DNA from: the human T2T-CHM13v2.0 reference genome, Homo sapiens
Length of the DNA stretch: 64,000 bases
Assembly: GCF_009914755.1 (NCBI RefSeq)
Contig: NC_060926.1
Strand: one strand, 5' to 3'
Shown here: positions 45,222 to 57,502 of the stretch, one piece after another
Position numbering within the stretch: the first letter of the stretch is position 1
Layout of the letters: each line of letters begins with the position of its first letter
Translations under genes and position numbers: made by a program
The notes under the pieces: model-generated
The model's database searches: none
Seen by the model: only the letters and a program-made list of their open reading frames with translations
Told to the model about the DNA's origin: nothing

Positions 45222-45919
45222 TATTTAATGCTTCTTCACGGTCTATTTTTCTCTACCTTCCTATGTTAGGAGCGCAACTGGAAAGAAAGCAGTGATCAGA
45301 GCTGGGGGAGGAGAAACCATTTTGCTTTTCCCCCTTCTAACCCCCACCTCCAGTCTTTGATGATTGGCCTTATCTCTTTGCACAACTTCTGCATCTCCCT
45401 TTTTTTTTTTTTTTTTTTTTTGGGATAAAAACTATTTGTACTAAAGATCATTTTGACTAGAGTGCCAGGAAGAAGGTGCTGGGAATTTGTTTAATATACG
45501 TATCATATAATTCATCTCTAGTCACCTTCCCGACAGAACAGAATTTGCTGAATATATCCCTATTTTCATGTTAAAATACTTGAACTCTGTTCAAGGGAGT
45601 TGGCTCACCTGCACTGGTGATCCCCATGGCAAGAGAGCCTTGTCCTCCCCAGCCTTTGCTCTTGAAAATGTTTTGGTTTGGAGGTCGAAGGTTCAGCCTC
45701 AGCTGTTGTTAACTTTGCATGGGATCAGACAGAGGGACAGACAGAATGGATGTGGGAAGTTTAGTTAGATCTGGCCATCTTCCAGATTGGGGTGGCCTTG
45801 TCTTCCTGGGTCCCTCCTGCTGACCATACCCTAGGCATCAGGAGATCCAACAGGTCTGTCAGTTTCCCTCTCCCAACCTCTCAGTTCCTTTATAAATGTA
45901 AAAACTTTCTGTGGTTTGG

Positions 45920-46115
45920 CATAGTGGTTCTCAACCTACTGCTCCAGGATCACCTGGAGGGCGGAAGGCTTGCTAACAGATGGCTGGGCCCCACCCCCAG
46001 AGTTTCTGCTATAGTCGGTCTGTGGGGGCGGGCCTAGACCCTAGAATGTACATTTCTAACATGTTCCCAGGTTAAGGGAGTGAGGTTGCTGTTCCAGGAG
46101 CACACTTTGAAAAGC
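45920..46115. mobile_element. MER5A-like element
   Basis: agtggttctcaacc...gctgggccccacccccagagtttctg...catttctaac...cacactttga. Confidence 0.8.
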
Positions 46116-47145
46116 CATGGTTTAGTCGAATCTTCTTGCACCTTCCTGGATAGGAAAAGGATAGTTGACCTCTTATCCACCTTGGCTTTTAGATTTTGCC
46201 ACGTAGTCAACCTGGCCCTTGGAATCTGCCCAGCCTCTTTGGCCTCTGCTTACTTTTTACACCTGAATGCCTCTAGTCTCAGCCTTCACCTAAAGGGTCA
46301 GCAGCTTCTCTTTGAGCGTGTAGGGTGGGGCAAGAAGGACGCCAGGGGATTGTGGGCTTTGGGGCTGATTGAAAGCCTGGCTTATTATGAATACAGCTTT
46401 TTTAAGGCTTAGGAGCTCTGGGTCCTGCACAGTGAGTGCGTGCGGTCACGGTTGTGAGGCTGCTCACCCACAAAATGTGATTTATTTCTCAGCGCTCTTC
46501 ATGGACTTACTGGATGTTCTGTTTAGAAAGTTAGAAAACAAAGATAACTTCTTTGAATTGCCCTCAGGAGATTAGTTTTCTAGAATGGAGAAAAAAATAT
46601 AAAAATTACTTGTTTTTGTTAAGTTGGTTCATAGAATGCCAACAGAGAATGCTGTCCCTGCAAACCACCCCCCACCCCATCACCAGAGACAGGGATACTA
46701 AAATACTTCTTGGCAGCAAGATGGGCTGGCCTTTGGTATGATCGTCAACTGGGCTTCCATGTCAATGGGTTTCTGACAGGGCCACCAAAGAATGTTCTGT
46801 TCCCCGGGCATGAAGTGACTTTCTGATTAATGTTGGCCATGATTTCCCCTACCTCACAGGGTTATCTTGACAGCAGTTTAGAAAAATGGCTTAAGTAGAG
46901 GACAATATTTAGTGGGCAAAAACTAATGTTAAGCCTTTATGTATTGACTCATGTACTCCTTTTCATAACTCCATGAGGACAGGTCCAGTTATAATTCCCT
47001 TTTTGTAGGTGAGCAAATGAAGATATCAGAGGAGATATGGGTTTTGCACACATTCAGCTAGTTACGTGCTGAGCCTGAAGTGCATGCCCTTAATCTCTAC
47101 GCTGTTCGACCTCTCTGCTCACCACCCTGTGTCATGTATCCTTAG

Positions 47146-47265
47146 CTGTTTGACCACATTGCCGAATGCCTGGCTAACTTCATGGATAAGCTACATATCA
47201 AAGACAAGAAGCTCCCACTGGGTTTTACCTTCTCGTTCCCCTGCCACCAGACTAAACTAGACGAG
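47146..47265 (+). CDS. HK2: HK2 exon 4 (LFDHIAEC...LGFTFSFPC...LDE)
   Basis: cttag acceptor, 120 nt, GAG|gtaaga donor; LGFTFSFP glucose-binding signature. Confidence 0.99.
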
Positions 47266-47609
47266 GTAAGATGGGCTCCTCAGACACTTGTTGCTTCACT
47301 CTTGGGGCTGGGAGGGCTGAGAGGGACTTCTGAGCCACCTGCTGTGGTGGTGGTGGTAGCACTGGAGGATTGTGGAGATGAAGTTCTGCCTTTCTGGGTG
47401 ACTGTGTATGTCGATGGGGGGGCTGGTGAAGAAATCTGGGGGGTTGGGAGTGCCCTTTATCACCCTCTCTCCCACACACATTGCACAGTATCCTTATCCC
47501 CTCCACAGAAACAGGAATGAGAAATCAGGAACTCCCCAGTCTAAAGTGTTGTGATAAAGACCCTTGGAAGAAAGATACTTGGAGAGTTAACGATGTAAGG
47601 ACACAAGTA

Positions 47610-47939
47610 CAGTCATGTATTGCATAACAATGGGGATATGTTCTGAGAAATGCTTTATTAGGTGATTTCACTTATGTATAAACATCATAGAGTGCACTTA
47701 CACAAACCTAGATGGTATAGACTACTACACACCTAGGCTGTATGGGACAGCCTGTTAACTCCTAGGCCACAAATCTGTATAGCATGTTACTGTACTGAAT
47801 GCTATAGGCAATTGTAACACAGTGATATCTGTGTATCTAACTAGGCAATAGGAACTTTTCAGCTCTATTATAATCTTGTTACCACCGCAGTATACACAAT
47901 CTGTCACTGACTGAAACATTGTTATGCGGCACATGACTG
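47610..47939. mobile_element. Tigger3a/MER7-like DNA transposon with TIRs
   Basis: ta|cagtcatg...catgactg terminal inverted repeats; cacaaacctagatggtatag core. Confidence 0.85.
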
Positions 47940-48121
47940 TGTCTTATAGTGCCAGTTGTCCTGAGTTTCTTTTTCCTAGGCTAGCCAGGAAGTAACACAC
48001 AAATTCAATCATGACTTTACCCCAGTGGCAGAGGTCTCTGCTAATGACGGAGGTTTGAGGGGTGTGGTGTGAGTTTCAGTTTTAGTGGGAAATCAATATT
48101 CACTTCTTGGTCCCTTTCCAG

Positions 48122-48217
48122 AGTTTCCTGGTCTCATGGACCAAGGGATTCAAGTCCAGTGGAGTGGAAGGCAGAGACGTTGTGGCTCTGATCCGGAAGG
48201 CCATCCAGAGGAGAGGG
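48122..48217 (+). CDS. HK2: HK2 exon 5 ([10 protein letters not shown]...AIQRRG)
   Basis: ttccag acceptor, 96 nt, GGG|gtgagt donor; WTKGF motif. Confidence 0.99.
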
Positions 48218-48567
48218 GTGAGTGGGGTGGCAGGAGCTTGGGGTCTGTGGGCTTTTCTGGGTCCACCCTGAAGACTCCCTGAGTGTCCTTGACTCATCAT
48301 TGTTTGCTTACGTGGAGCTTAAGGAGAGTTCTCTTTTCCCTGACACATGTACTCAATAATTTTGTATGCGATCTGCTGCTTTGGGGGTTTTTAGATTATC
48401 AAATGGATAAATAATCTTAGCCTTGGCACAAGAAAAGCTCTTTAGTTCTTAACCTGAAGAAGACTTGAATGTGATTTCCAAGTAAGAAAGTTGGAATGAT
48501 GTTGACATGGGAGTGGAATGGCTCAGAGAGAGAATGAATTAAAAGTCTTATCACAGGAGGAGTTATG

Positions 48568-48621
48568 GGGAGGGAGGGGGGAGAGAGAGAGAAGGAGGAG
48601 GAGGAGGAGGAGGAGGAGGAG
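48568..48621 (+). repeat. Polypurine (GGGA/GA/GGA)n tract
   Basis: Uninterrupted purine run of ~54 nt, 75 bp upstream of exon 6. Confidence 0.9.
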
Positions 48622-48695
48622 TGATATATAGCTGGTGTTAGGAAAGTCGCCCTCTGTGATGATGAAGGTCAGAGCCCTCCCATTTGTCTCCACAG

Positions 48696-48795
48696 GACTT
48701 TGATATCGACATTGTGGCTGTGGTGAATGACACAGTTGGGACCATGATGACCTGTGGTTATGATGACCACAACTGTGAGATTGGTCTCATTGTGG
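48696..48795 (+). CDS. HK2: HK2 exon 6 ([18 protein letters not shown]...; catalytic Asp209)
   Basis: cacag acceptor, 100 nt, G|gtgagt donor; VNDT motif with Asp codon at 48729-48731. Confidence 0.99.
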
Positions 48796-49117
48796 GTGAG
48801 TGAACACCGTGCATGAAGGGCCCGTGCTGGCCAAGGGATGGGGGTGTGGGCTGGAAAGGGAGAAGGGGCCCATGGGCTGGGTGTTCCTTTGTAGTTCATA
48901 TTAGAAGATAATGGTCCAGTCACTTTGGAGAGCCGAGCAGGGACTCATGGAGTTGGGGGTGGCAGAAGATTAGACCATGTATTGTGATGCCCCCAGAGTC
49001 TGCAGTGAGAAATCCCAGCCATCCTGGCCGGGCAGTCTCGGGACAGTAGTATAAGAGGGAAGAGGGGTGGGAAGGGGCCGGAGCAGGCGTGTGCATAGCC
49101 GTCCCTTGTTTTGGCAG

Positions 49118-49301
49118 GCACGGGCAGCAACGCCTGCTACATGGAAGAGATGCGCCACATCGACATGGTGGAAGGCGACGAGGGGCGGATGTGTATCAAT
49201 ATGGAGTGGGGGGCCTTCGGGGACGATGGCTCGCTCAACGACATTCGCACTGAGTTTGACCAGGAGATTGACATGGGCTCACTGAACCCGGGAAAGCAAC
49301 T
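49118..49301 (+). CDS. HK2: HK2 exon 7 ([11 protein letters not shown]...INMEWGAFG...NPGKQ)
   Basis: ggcag acceptor, 184 nt, CT|gtgagt donor. Confidence 0.99.
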
Positions 49302-50137
49302 GTGAGTAGGCCCTTCCTGTGCGAGTGGGCTTGGCGGGGGCCTGGAGCTGAGTCTGGGGCTGGTCGGGGCCAGGGGGTTGTTTCTTTACAGTCTTACATC
49401 CCCAAAGCTTGCCAAGGTGGCCACTGGTCATAGGAATGTCTGTGACTATAAATTGCTGAGAGGATCTAAAACAGAGAGCAAGCGGATATACCAGATTATA
49501 GCTAATAATGTGTTTCCTTCACAGGAGTCATTTTGGAAGGTTCTATTCTGAGTGTAAGTGGGTGGCCCTGCTCTTTCTTTCCACCTTCTATTTGTAAATT
49601 GTCCATGGGAACTGTGAGCCACCTAAGGAAAGTTGTGTTGAGGTGGCCAAGATTGGGGTCTCTGAAAGCTCCTTTCATAGCTCCAACTCCATCACCACCC
49701 AGAGGACAGGCTGACAGCTGGCTGCTCATTGCTGCTCCCTGGGGTCCCAGGGCCTCCTGCTGCAGCTGCAGGCAGACCCATGGCCCCTGGAGACATTGGC
49801 TGAGGAGCTTCCTTGGCCTCCTTCACTTGGACCTTGGCCCAACTATGTCCTGGGATGGATTGGAGGAGGGGCGTCTAGCATTTTGGATCCTGAATATTGT
49901 GTTCTCCAGCCTGGCCTGCCTTTGTTTTTAGTTGCTTTTATCTCTTACAAAACCTTATTTCACCCTCACAAACATTTGCCAAATGTGCGTGTGAAAGATC
50001 TTGAAACAGGGATTGCTTCAAGGTCTGAAGCAGTTGCAAAATATTTTGAGCAATACAGATCATCTCTGGTCTTGTGACTGTTGTAGAAAAGCTTTTCGTG
50101 CAGATCTCTACTTGGACAGGAAAATTGAACCCTATAA

Positions 50138-50481
<344 letters not shown>

Positions 50482-52018
50482 TGAGAGTCCTTGCTTTGTC
50501 AAAGCATGGTTTATTTATCTAAGTCACAAGCTTGTTTCACATGTTGAAATGAGTCCTTTACTTGAAATTTCTGAGGATCATACTGGTTGTGTCTGCCATG
50601 GCTGATGAGAGGTTTATGAGCTGAAAAGTCACTCAGTGCCTGCCTCCATGAATGAGGCACACCCAAGTCATTCCGAGGAACTAAAGGCCCTTTCAAATGT
50701 CAAAAGACAAATTTGCCAGCCAGACCATGACAGCACACCCCCGGCTTATCCTTTGACACCCACCAAATTGTCATCCATGGTAGCCCTGAAGTCACTACAG
50801 ACAATTTTTGTCCCCTCTAATATATTTCCAAGTAAGTATCTTCCAAATGTTGACTGGAACAAAGTGTTTTTAAAAACTAGAATAAAAACTTAGCAACACG
50901 GAGTTCCTTACTGTTGAAGCCAGGCTCCCATCCACGCTGGTTTCCTTCTCCTGAAGCTCTGCCTGTGTGGGTGCACTAACATTTAAAATGCGCGCTGTCA
51001 TCTTCACAATTTTGCCAGCTCTCAGTTAGCCCTGATGCTGCTGTACTTGGCCTTGGGTCTTGAGCAGGCTGCTTCCTGGAGGCCTGGGTTTCCTCTCGGA
51101 AAGGTAACCTTGGAATCCCTTCCACATCTCAGTCCTGGGCCTCCTCCTCGCTGGGGCTCATCCTAGTTAGTGGCAGCAGGCCCATGTGCCTCCTCTAAGA
51201 CACAGGTTCTTTCTCAAACACCCAGAAATGGGCCTTTTGTCAAAAAGAATTATCACCAGGGCTTGGTTTCCTCTCAGTTCTAGTCAGAAAGACCAATTAT
51301 GAAAGAAAACAGTGCCACCTAGTGTTAAAATTAAATCACCGGACCGCACTGCTGGTTTGGGGGCCGTCCCCTGCCTTTCTAAAACATCTTGTCACCTGCC
51401 TGCTTAGAAGCCTGTTTCACTCCCAGACCCCTGAGACCTGTCATTTAGAGCTCGGAGCCCAGTGCAGATTCCTCTATCCCAACCTGCCTTTATAATGTTG
51501 CCCCATCATCCCCTGCCCCAGGTGGTTTTCACACCATTTTCTCTGGAGCCCATGAACGGCTTGCAGGGGTGGACAGTATGAGCTGATGAGTTTCTAGGCC
51601 TGTGCTACATATCTAATCAGATCGCCTTTTTTCTCTTGTAAATAAATATTGGGCTATGTAAGATATTAATTTTAAAAATGATTTCCTGGCTAGAGAAGAA
51701 TTTTAAAGATTACCACCCTACGCATAACTTTACCTAAAATACAGGCTGTTCCAGAATGTTCCATACTCCCTGTGTGTTTCATTTGGCTGCTTAAGTTTCA
51801 TTTATTCTTCTCCATAGGTCAAGGCCCATCAGCCTGCAGGGACAGCCCAAGCCAGCCCCTCTGAGCCGTCACCTCTCCACGTATCTTACTCCTGGGCCGT
51901 GCTGCACACATTAACCCTTAGTTGTGAAGTTGCACGTGTGCGCGTCTTGCTTCAACAGGGAAGCTATGAGTACATGGGCAGTGGGGACTTTATGTTTTTG
52001 GTTTGTGTCTTCCGGCAG

Positions 52019-52174
52019 GTTTGAGAAGATGATCAGTGGGATGTACATGGGGGAGCTGGTGAGGCTTATCCTGGTGAAGATGGCCAAGGAGGAGCTGCTC
52101 TTTGGGGGGAAGCTCAGCCCAGAGCTTCTCAACACCGGTCGCTTTGAGACCAAAGACATCTCAGACATTGAAGG
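52019..52174 (+). CDS. HK2: HK2 exon 8 ([16 protein letters not shown]...DIE)
   Basis: ggcag acceptor, 156 nt, GG|gtgagc donor. Confidence 0.99.
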
Positions 52175-53266
52175 GTGAGCTTCTGGCCAGCCCCCTCTAT
52201 TTGCTGGATCACCACACGAGTTGACGGGTAGTTGGGGAATGAGGAGGGGGCTGTACCTTTTGACTCTTCAAGTATAGACTGCAAGAGGGTCTCACGTGAC
52301 ATGGACCATGGCGGGCCTGTGGCTTCACTTCACTTACCAGTCTCCACTCTTGTCGATTTCGATTGTGATTGCTACCAGTGACTCATGGTACTGGGAACGG
52401 TGGTTGGCCTCCATATGCAGGGACTTGGGCTGTTGCACTGGGTTTAAAGCTGGAGGACCCCAGAGGGCCCCCGAAAGACTTAGCTGCATCTGCCTCCTTT
52501 TCCTTCTCCTGAAGCTCTGACATCTGATTCCCTATTGGCAATTCTCAAAAAGGACTCTGTCATGACCCCTGCTTCATAATAGAAAGCTAGGTCTTTGAAT
52601 TGGCCAGAGATATAGCTACCCAATTAATTCTAATAAGCAGAGCTGGGGCCTGCATTTTCACAGCCCAGCAAGGGCAAGAGTGAGGATGGCTTGATTTTTG
52701 TTGTTGTTAACAATATCCCAAGAGTCAGGCGGGCCTCGTTTACTGTTCTTGAGATTTCCACTTGTAGATTGAAGAAGTCCTGGTGTTTCAGGGACCAGAT
52801 GGTGGAGAGGAGGTGTCTTTGGAGCCAAATGGAGCAGTGGAACAGTGCCAATGACTTTGTTTTAAGGGGAAACTCTTGAAGGAATGGGGCCTACTTGTTG
52901 CTATACCCCAAGGTGATGCAAGTACCCCAAGGTGATGCAAGATTTAGTTCCCTTGAGAAGGGTGCTAAGGTTATAGCACTAGCCCCTTACCAACCATCTT
53001 TAGACACAAGCTAAAGCAGTGCCAAGTCCATGGTGAAATGCAATAGACTCCTACTGCTTTAGAGAGAGAAACCAGGTGGGCATCACCGCAGGGTTCACAT
53101 GTTGAGAGTGGCTGACAGCAGAGACACTGTCTGTCTCCCCTAACACAAGCAGATGTAACACAAACTCTCACACACACAACTTGGTGGTAAAGCACCAAGA
53201 ACAGGGCCTTGTTTTTACATAGCACATGCATAAGAAATACTTGTGTTTCTCAACTCCGTGTGTCTC

Positions 53267-53316
53267 TGTGTGTGTGTGTGTGTGTGCGCACGCACATGCA
53301 TGTGCGTGTGTGTGTG
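53267..53316. repeat. (TG)n / alternating purine-pyrimidine tract
   Basis: tgtgtg...gcgcacgcacatgcatgtgcgtgtgtgtgtg. Confidence 0.9.
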
Positions 53317-53534
53317 GTGTCTGGGAGAGGAGCCTCAGGGTGGCTGTGCTATATTTTGCACCCCCTTCCTCCTCCTCCTGCCCCTGCACAGGTGGACTAA
53401 GCAATGAAGAGGGATTCTGTCCCCACTGGGTGGTGAATTTGCTGGAACTAAAGGGCTTCCTTGCCACCCCCCGACACACACACTGGCCACAGTGGGTCAG
53501 ACACAGGCCCACATGCTGTCTTTCTGTTTCCCAG

Positions 53535-53768
53535 GGAGAAGGATGGCATCCGGAAGGCCCGTGAGGTCCTGATGCGGTTGGGCCTGGACCCGACTCAGGA
53601 GGACTGCGTGGCCACTCACCGGATCTGCCAGATCGTGTCCACACGCTCCGCCAGCCTGTGCGCAGCCACCCTGGCCGCCGTGCTGCAGCGCATCAAGGAG
53701 AACAAAGGCGAGGAGCGGCTGCGCTCTACTATTGGGGTCGACGGTTCCGTCTACAAGAAACACCCCCA
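53535..53768 (+). CDS. HK2: HK2 exon 9 (EKDGIRKA...[11 protein letters not shown])
   Basis: cccag acceptor, 234 nt, CA|gtgagt donor. Confidence 0.99.
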
Positions 53769-54374
53769 GTGAGTCAGTGTGCAGGGCCTGGAGATGCGGA
53801 GTTCCTGGAGTACCTGGGGCTGAGTGACTCCTCATGCCAGCTCCATTTTGCATTTCAGGGGTGGTGTGGAGGGACCATAGAGCTGAGGGTCTTGGTGGAA
53901 TGAAAGTTCCCACCTGGGCAAGGGGGAATGGGAGGAAGTCATATCTGGTGTGGGTGGAGGTGATTTCTGAAGGCTACTGATGACTCGGGCTCTCCGCAGA
54001 GCTCCTCTGGCTGCTGGACACTCTCTTTGCCACCCTCTTGTATGCGTTATTGTTCCTGTCTTTACTCTTAGAATTCTTGGTGATTCCTGCAGGTGCTATG
54101 TCCTCTGCCAGGGACCACCCCAGCCCAGTGAGGGTTACCAGCTTCTCTGGCTGACCTTGGTATTAAATTGATCCTGCCCTGTCCACATTTTGATCCCTCA
54201 GGTCATAGGTACCAGAATATTCACATGTCAGCTGAGACCTGGAAGATGTCTCTTTATTGTGCCTACTTATTTCCCCATCATTTTCACCTAATAAGAATGC
54301 CAGGTCAATGTGCCTTTGTTTTCTTAACTTGTCGGTGCAGGAGGCCTCAGCCCTGAGATTCCCTCTTCCTACCC

Positions 54375-54535
54375 AGTGTTGCAAAAACTCGAGTGTGCAC
54401 GTGAATCACATGGGGATCTTGCTAAGAGGCAGATTCTGATCAGAAGGTCTGGGGTGAGTCTGAGATCCCGCATCTCTAACAGCCCCCAGTAGGCTGCAGC
54501 CTACTCCTGCACTTGGAGTAGGAAGGCCCTGGAGA
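54375..54535. mobile_element. MER5-like element
   Basis: gaatcac.tggggatcttg...gcagattctgat...ggtctgggg...catctctaaca. Confidence 0.7.
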
Positions 54536-55111
54536 CCATGGCTCCAAGTGGCCACTACCCAGAGAGTTCCTGGCTGAACACGTTGTCTTTAGCTGTGCAG
54601 ACACCTTTGGGATCATTGGCAGAAACTGGCAAAAGAGAGGCTAAAGTCCAGAAGAGCATCTCTAGCTTTTAATTTTGGGTCTTTCCCAGACAGCAGCTAG
54701 TGAAATGAGTGATAGAACAAGACAGATAGGTGGCATCAGAACCACCTAATACCACAGGGCTGCTCCATCAAAGAGGCTGATGGTACCATGTTGGGCAAGG
54801 GAGCAGTGGCCAGGGGGCCTTCTTCAGTGAGGAAGAGGAGGTCTTGTGTGGCTGCATGTAGGGGACAGTGGCTTATTAAAAGGTCTTTTCCTTTCATTGG
54901 CGGGGGTGAACCAATCCTGGGTGGTCATAGTTGATATGGTTCTTGTAGTGGTTCCTAACTTGGGACAGTGGAGAGAGGATGTTTAGGGCAGCACCCACTC
55001 CTGCAGGTGCCTTTTGGCATTTGGATTAAGGCGGTGGGCAACTGTCTAACTATTTGCACCATTGACCCTAACCATGGACACCTGTCGCTTACCCGCCCTG
55101 GGGAACTGCAG

Positions 55112-55416
55112 TTTTGCCAAGCGTCTACATAAGACCGTGCGGCGGCTGGTGCCCGGCTGCGATGTCCGCTTCCTCCGCTCCGAGGATGGCAGTGGCAAAG
55201 GTGCAGCCATGGTGACAGCAGTGGCTTACCGGCTGGCCGATCAACACCGTGCCCGCCAGAAGACATTAGAGCATCTGCAGCTGAGCCATGACCAGCTGCT
55301 GGAGGTCAAGAGGAGGATGAAGGTAGAAATGGAGCGAGGTCTGAGCAAGGAGACTCATGCCAGTGCCCCCGTCAAGATGCTGCCCACCTACGTGTGTGCT
55401 ACCCCGGACGGCACAG
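55112..55416 (+). CDS. HK2: HK2 exon 10 (end of N-half, linker helix RARQKT473, start of C-half)
   Basis: ctgcag acceptor, 305 nt, G|gtacac donor; [10 protein letters not shown] then KMLPTYV motifs. Confidence 0.99.
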
Positions 55417-55853
55417 GTACACGGCAGGGTTGCCACCTGGCTCACATGGTGGGCCTTTGTCCTGGTGTTGATACCCTGGGAGGGATCCCTTAGCATTAGC
55501 ATTGGACATTTGAACCAGAACACGTTTCTTCAGCCGTATTACTAGGGAGTTCTAGTCTTTGATAAACTCAAACAAGGTGCTCCTCTGCAAACAGTAGTAA
55601 TGGTCAACACTTATTGAATGCTTACTGTGTGTCAAAGCACTTTATGTGTATGAGCTCATTTAATCTTTGTTAACTGTTAAAAAATATTAGCAGTTAATTT
55701 TATGTATTCACCTATGTTTGACAGAAAACTGAGGCGCAGAGAAGTTAAGACACCTGCCTAAATTCACACAACTAGAAAATGTCGGAGCTGGGATTCAAAC
55801 CCAGGAATTCAGGTTCTAGAATCTGCTCTTGCAATCACCACATTGGTCTGAGT

Positions 55854-56075
55854 CAGGGTTGGCAAACTATGGCCCATGGGCTGAATCTGGCCCACCACCT
55901 GTTTTTGTACATAAGGTTTTATTATTACACAGCCATGCCCATGCGTCTGCACGTTGCTTATGGTTGTTTTGCACTGTCTTGGCAAAGTTGAGTGGTGGCA
56001 GCAAAGACTGCATGACCCACAGGGCCTAAAACGTTTGCTGTCTGGGCCTTTACAGAAAAAGATTTCTGACCCCTG
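55854..56075. mobile_element. MER58A-like element, flanked by MIR relics
   Basis: cagggttggcaaactatggcc...cctttacagaaaaag...gacccctg termini. Confidence 0.85.
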
Positions 56076-56560
56076 CTGTAAGTCTTGTAACCTCAGAAAT
56101 GGTGGTCTTATTCCAATTCAGAGAAGACAGTCGATGAGCAGGCCAGTGTAGCACAGTTGTTACAGGTTCCAGAGACAGACTGGGATTTGGTCCCTGCTCT
56201 ACCCTGTCCTGGTCGTATGGCCCCGGGCAAGTGATTTAACTATCAGCCAGATCCCAATCATCCTTAAGAGAGGAATGCAGTGTCTCCCTCACAGGGCTGC
56301 CTAAGGGTTGAACGAGGACTGTGTGTGAAGCATGTGGCACACTGTAATTGTCCAACAAGGGAGGGTTTTCTCAGTTTAAAAGATTTCCCTTCAGCTTCCT
56401 TCAGGGAGCTGGACTCTTCTGTTCCTTCTGTATTCTAGAATGTAATATAAAGTGGCATTTGATGGAGCAGGAATGGTGTATTTGGATCGTTTTAAGTGTA
56501 CTGTCTCCACATTCCCCATGTTCTGCCCCAACTTATCACTTCCCTGGGCTTATTTTCCAG

Positions 56561-56709
56561 AGAAAGGGGACTTCTTGGCCTTGGACCTTGGAGGAACAAA
56601 TTTCCGGGTCCTGCTGGTCCGTGTTCGGAATGGGAAGTGGGGTGGAGTGGAGATGCACAACAAGATCTACGCCATCCCGCAGGAGGTCATGCACGGCACC
56701 GGGGACGAG
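56561..56709 (+). CDS. HK2: HK2 exon 11 (C-half [10 protein letters not shown])
   Basis: ttccag acceptor, 149 nt, GAG|gtgagc donor. Confidence 0.99.
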
Positions 56710-56969
56710 GTGAGCAGGGCGGCGCCTTCAGGAGGGGGCCCCTGGTGGACGTCACCTCTTGCCTTCGAGGACAGTGCTTTCTCTGCTCATCTGTGACCCT
56801 GGGGAGGGCTAGCTGGACCCAGGGCTGCAGCCTGGTCTTGACTCAGGTTTGTGCCTGAGCCTGCATTTCTTCTGGGTGGAAAGAAACATTGATGTTGTGC
56901 GCAGGCCCTACTGGGGGCAGCCTGCCCTGCCCAGGGCCCCTCCCTCAGTGTCCTAACTTCTCCCTGCAG

Positions 56970-57089
56970 CTCTTTGACCACATTGTCCAGTGCATCGCGG
57001 ACTTCCTCGAGTACATGGGCATGAAGGGCGTGTCCCTGCCTCTGGGTTTTACCTTCTCCTTCCCCTGCCAGCAGAACAGCCTGGACGAG
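56970..57089 (+). CDS. HK2: HK2 exon 12 (LFDHIVQC...LGFTFSFPC...LDE)
   Basis: ctgcag acceptor, 120 nt, GAG|gtaaca donor. Confidence 0.99.
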
Positions 57090-57330
57090 GTAACAGCACC
57101 TTCCTGGAGGGCTCTCCTGTGGGCTTTATTGACTCTAAACAAAACCAGCCAGGTATGGAGCAGGGGAGAAAGTTGAGCTAAGACTAAGGAAAGGAGGGCG
57201 TGAGTTACCAGTAGTGGGGAGGGGCTCCTTGATGGGAATGAGTAAGTTGAGGCTGGTGGAGGTTAAGTAGGTTAGCTCAGCTGTGACAGCCTTTGGGACA
57301 ACGATGATGATGCTACTCAATGTTAACAAC

Positions 57331-57453
57331 TGCCGGGTGTGGTGACTCATACCTGTAATCTCAGCACTTTGGGAGGCTGAGGCAGGAGGATTACTTGAGG
57401 CCAGGATTTCAAGACTAGCCTAGGCAACATAGGAAGACCCCATCTCTATTGAA

Positions 57454-57501
<48 letters not shown>
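57331..57501 (+). mobile_element. Alu left monomer/FLAM followed by (TA)n microsatellite (57456-57501)
   Basis: gccgggtgtggtgactcatacctgtaatc...gaccccatctcta then ~23 TA units. Confidence 0.9.

Positions 57502-57502
<1 letters not shown>

Noticed and set aside
55417-56560. Half-size hexokinase via intronic polyadenylation after exon 10
   Set aside because: Read-through stop exists at ~55493, but I saw no canonical AATAAA in intron 10 to support it
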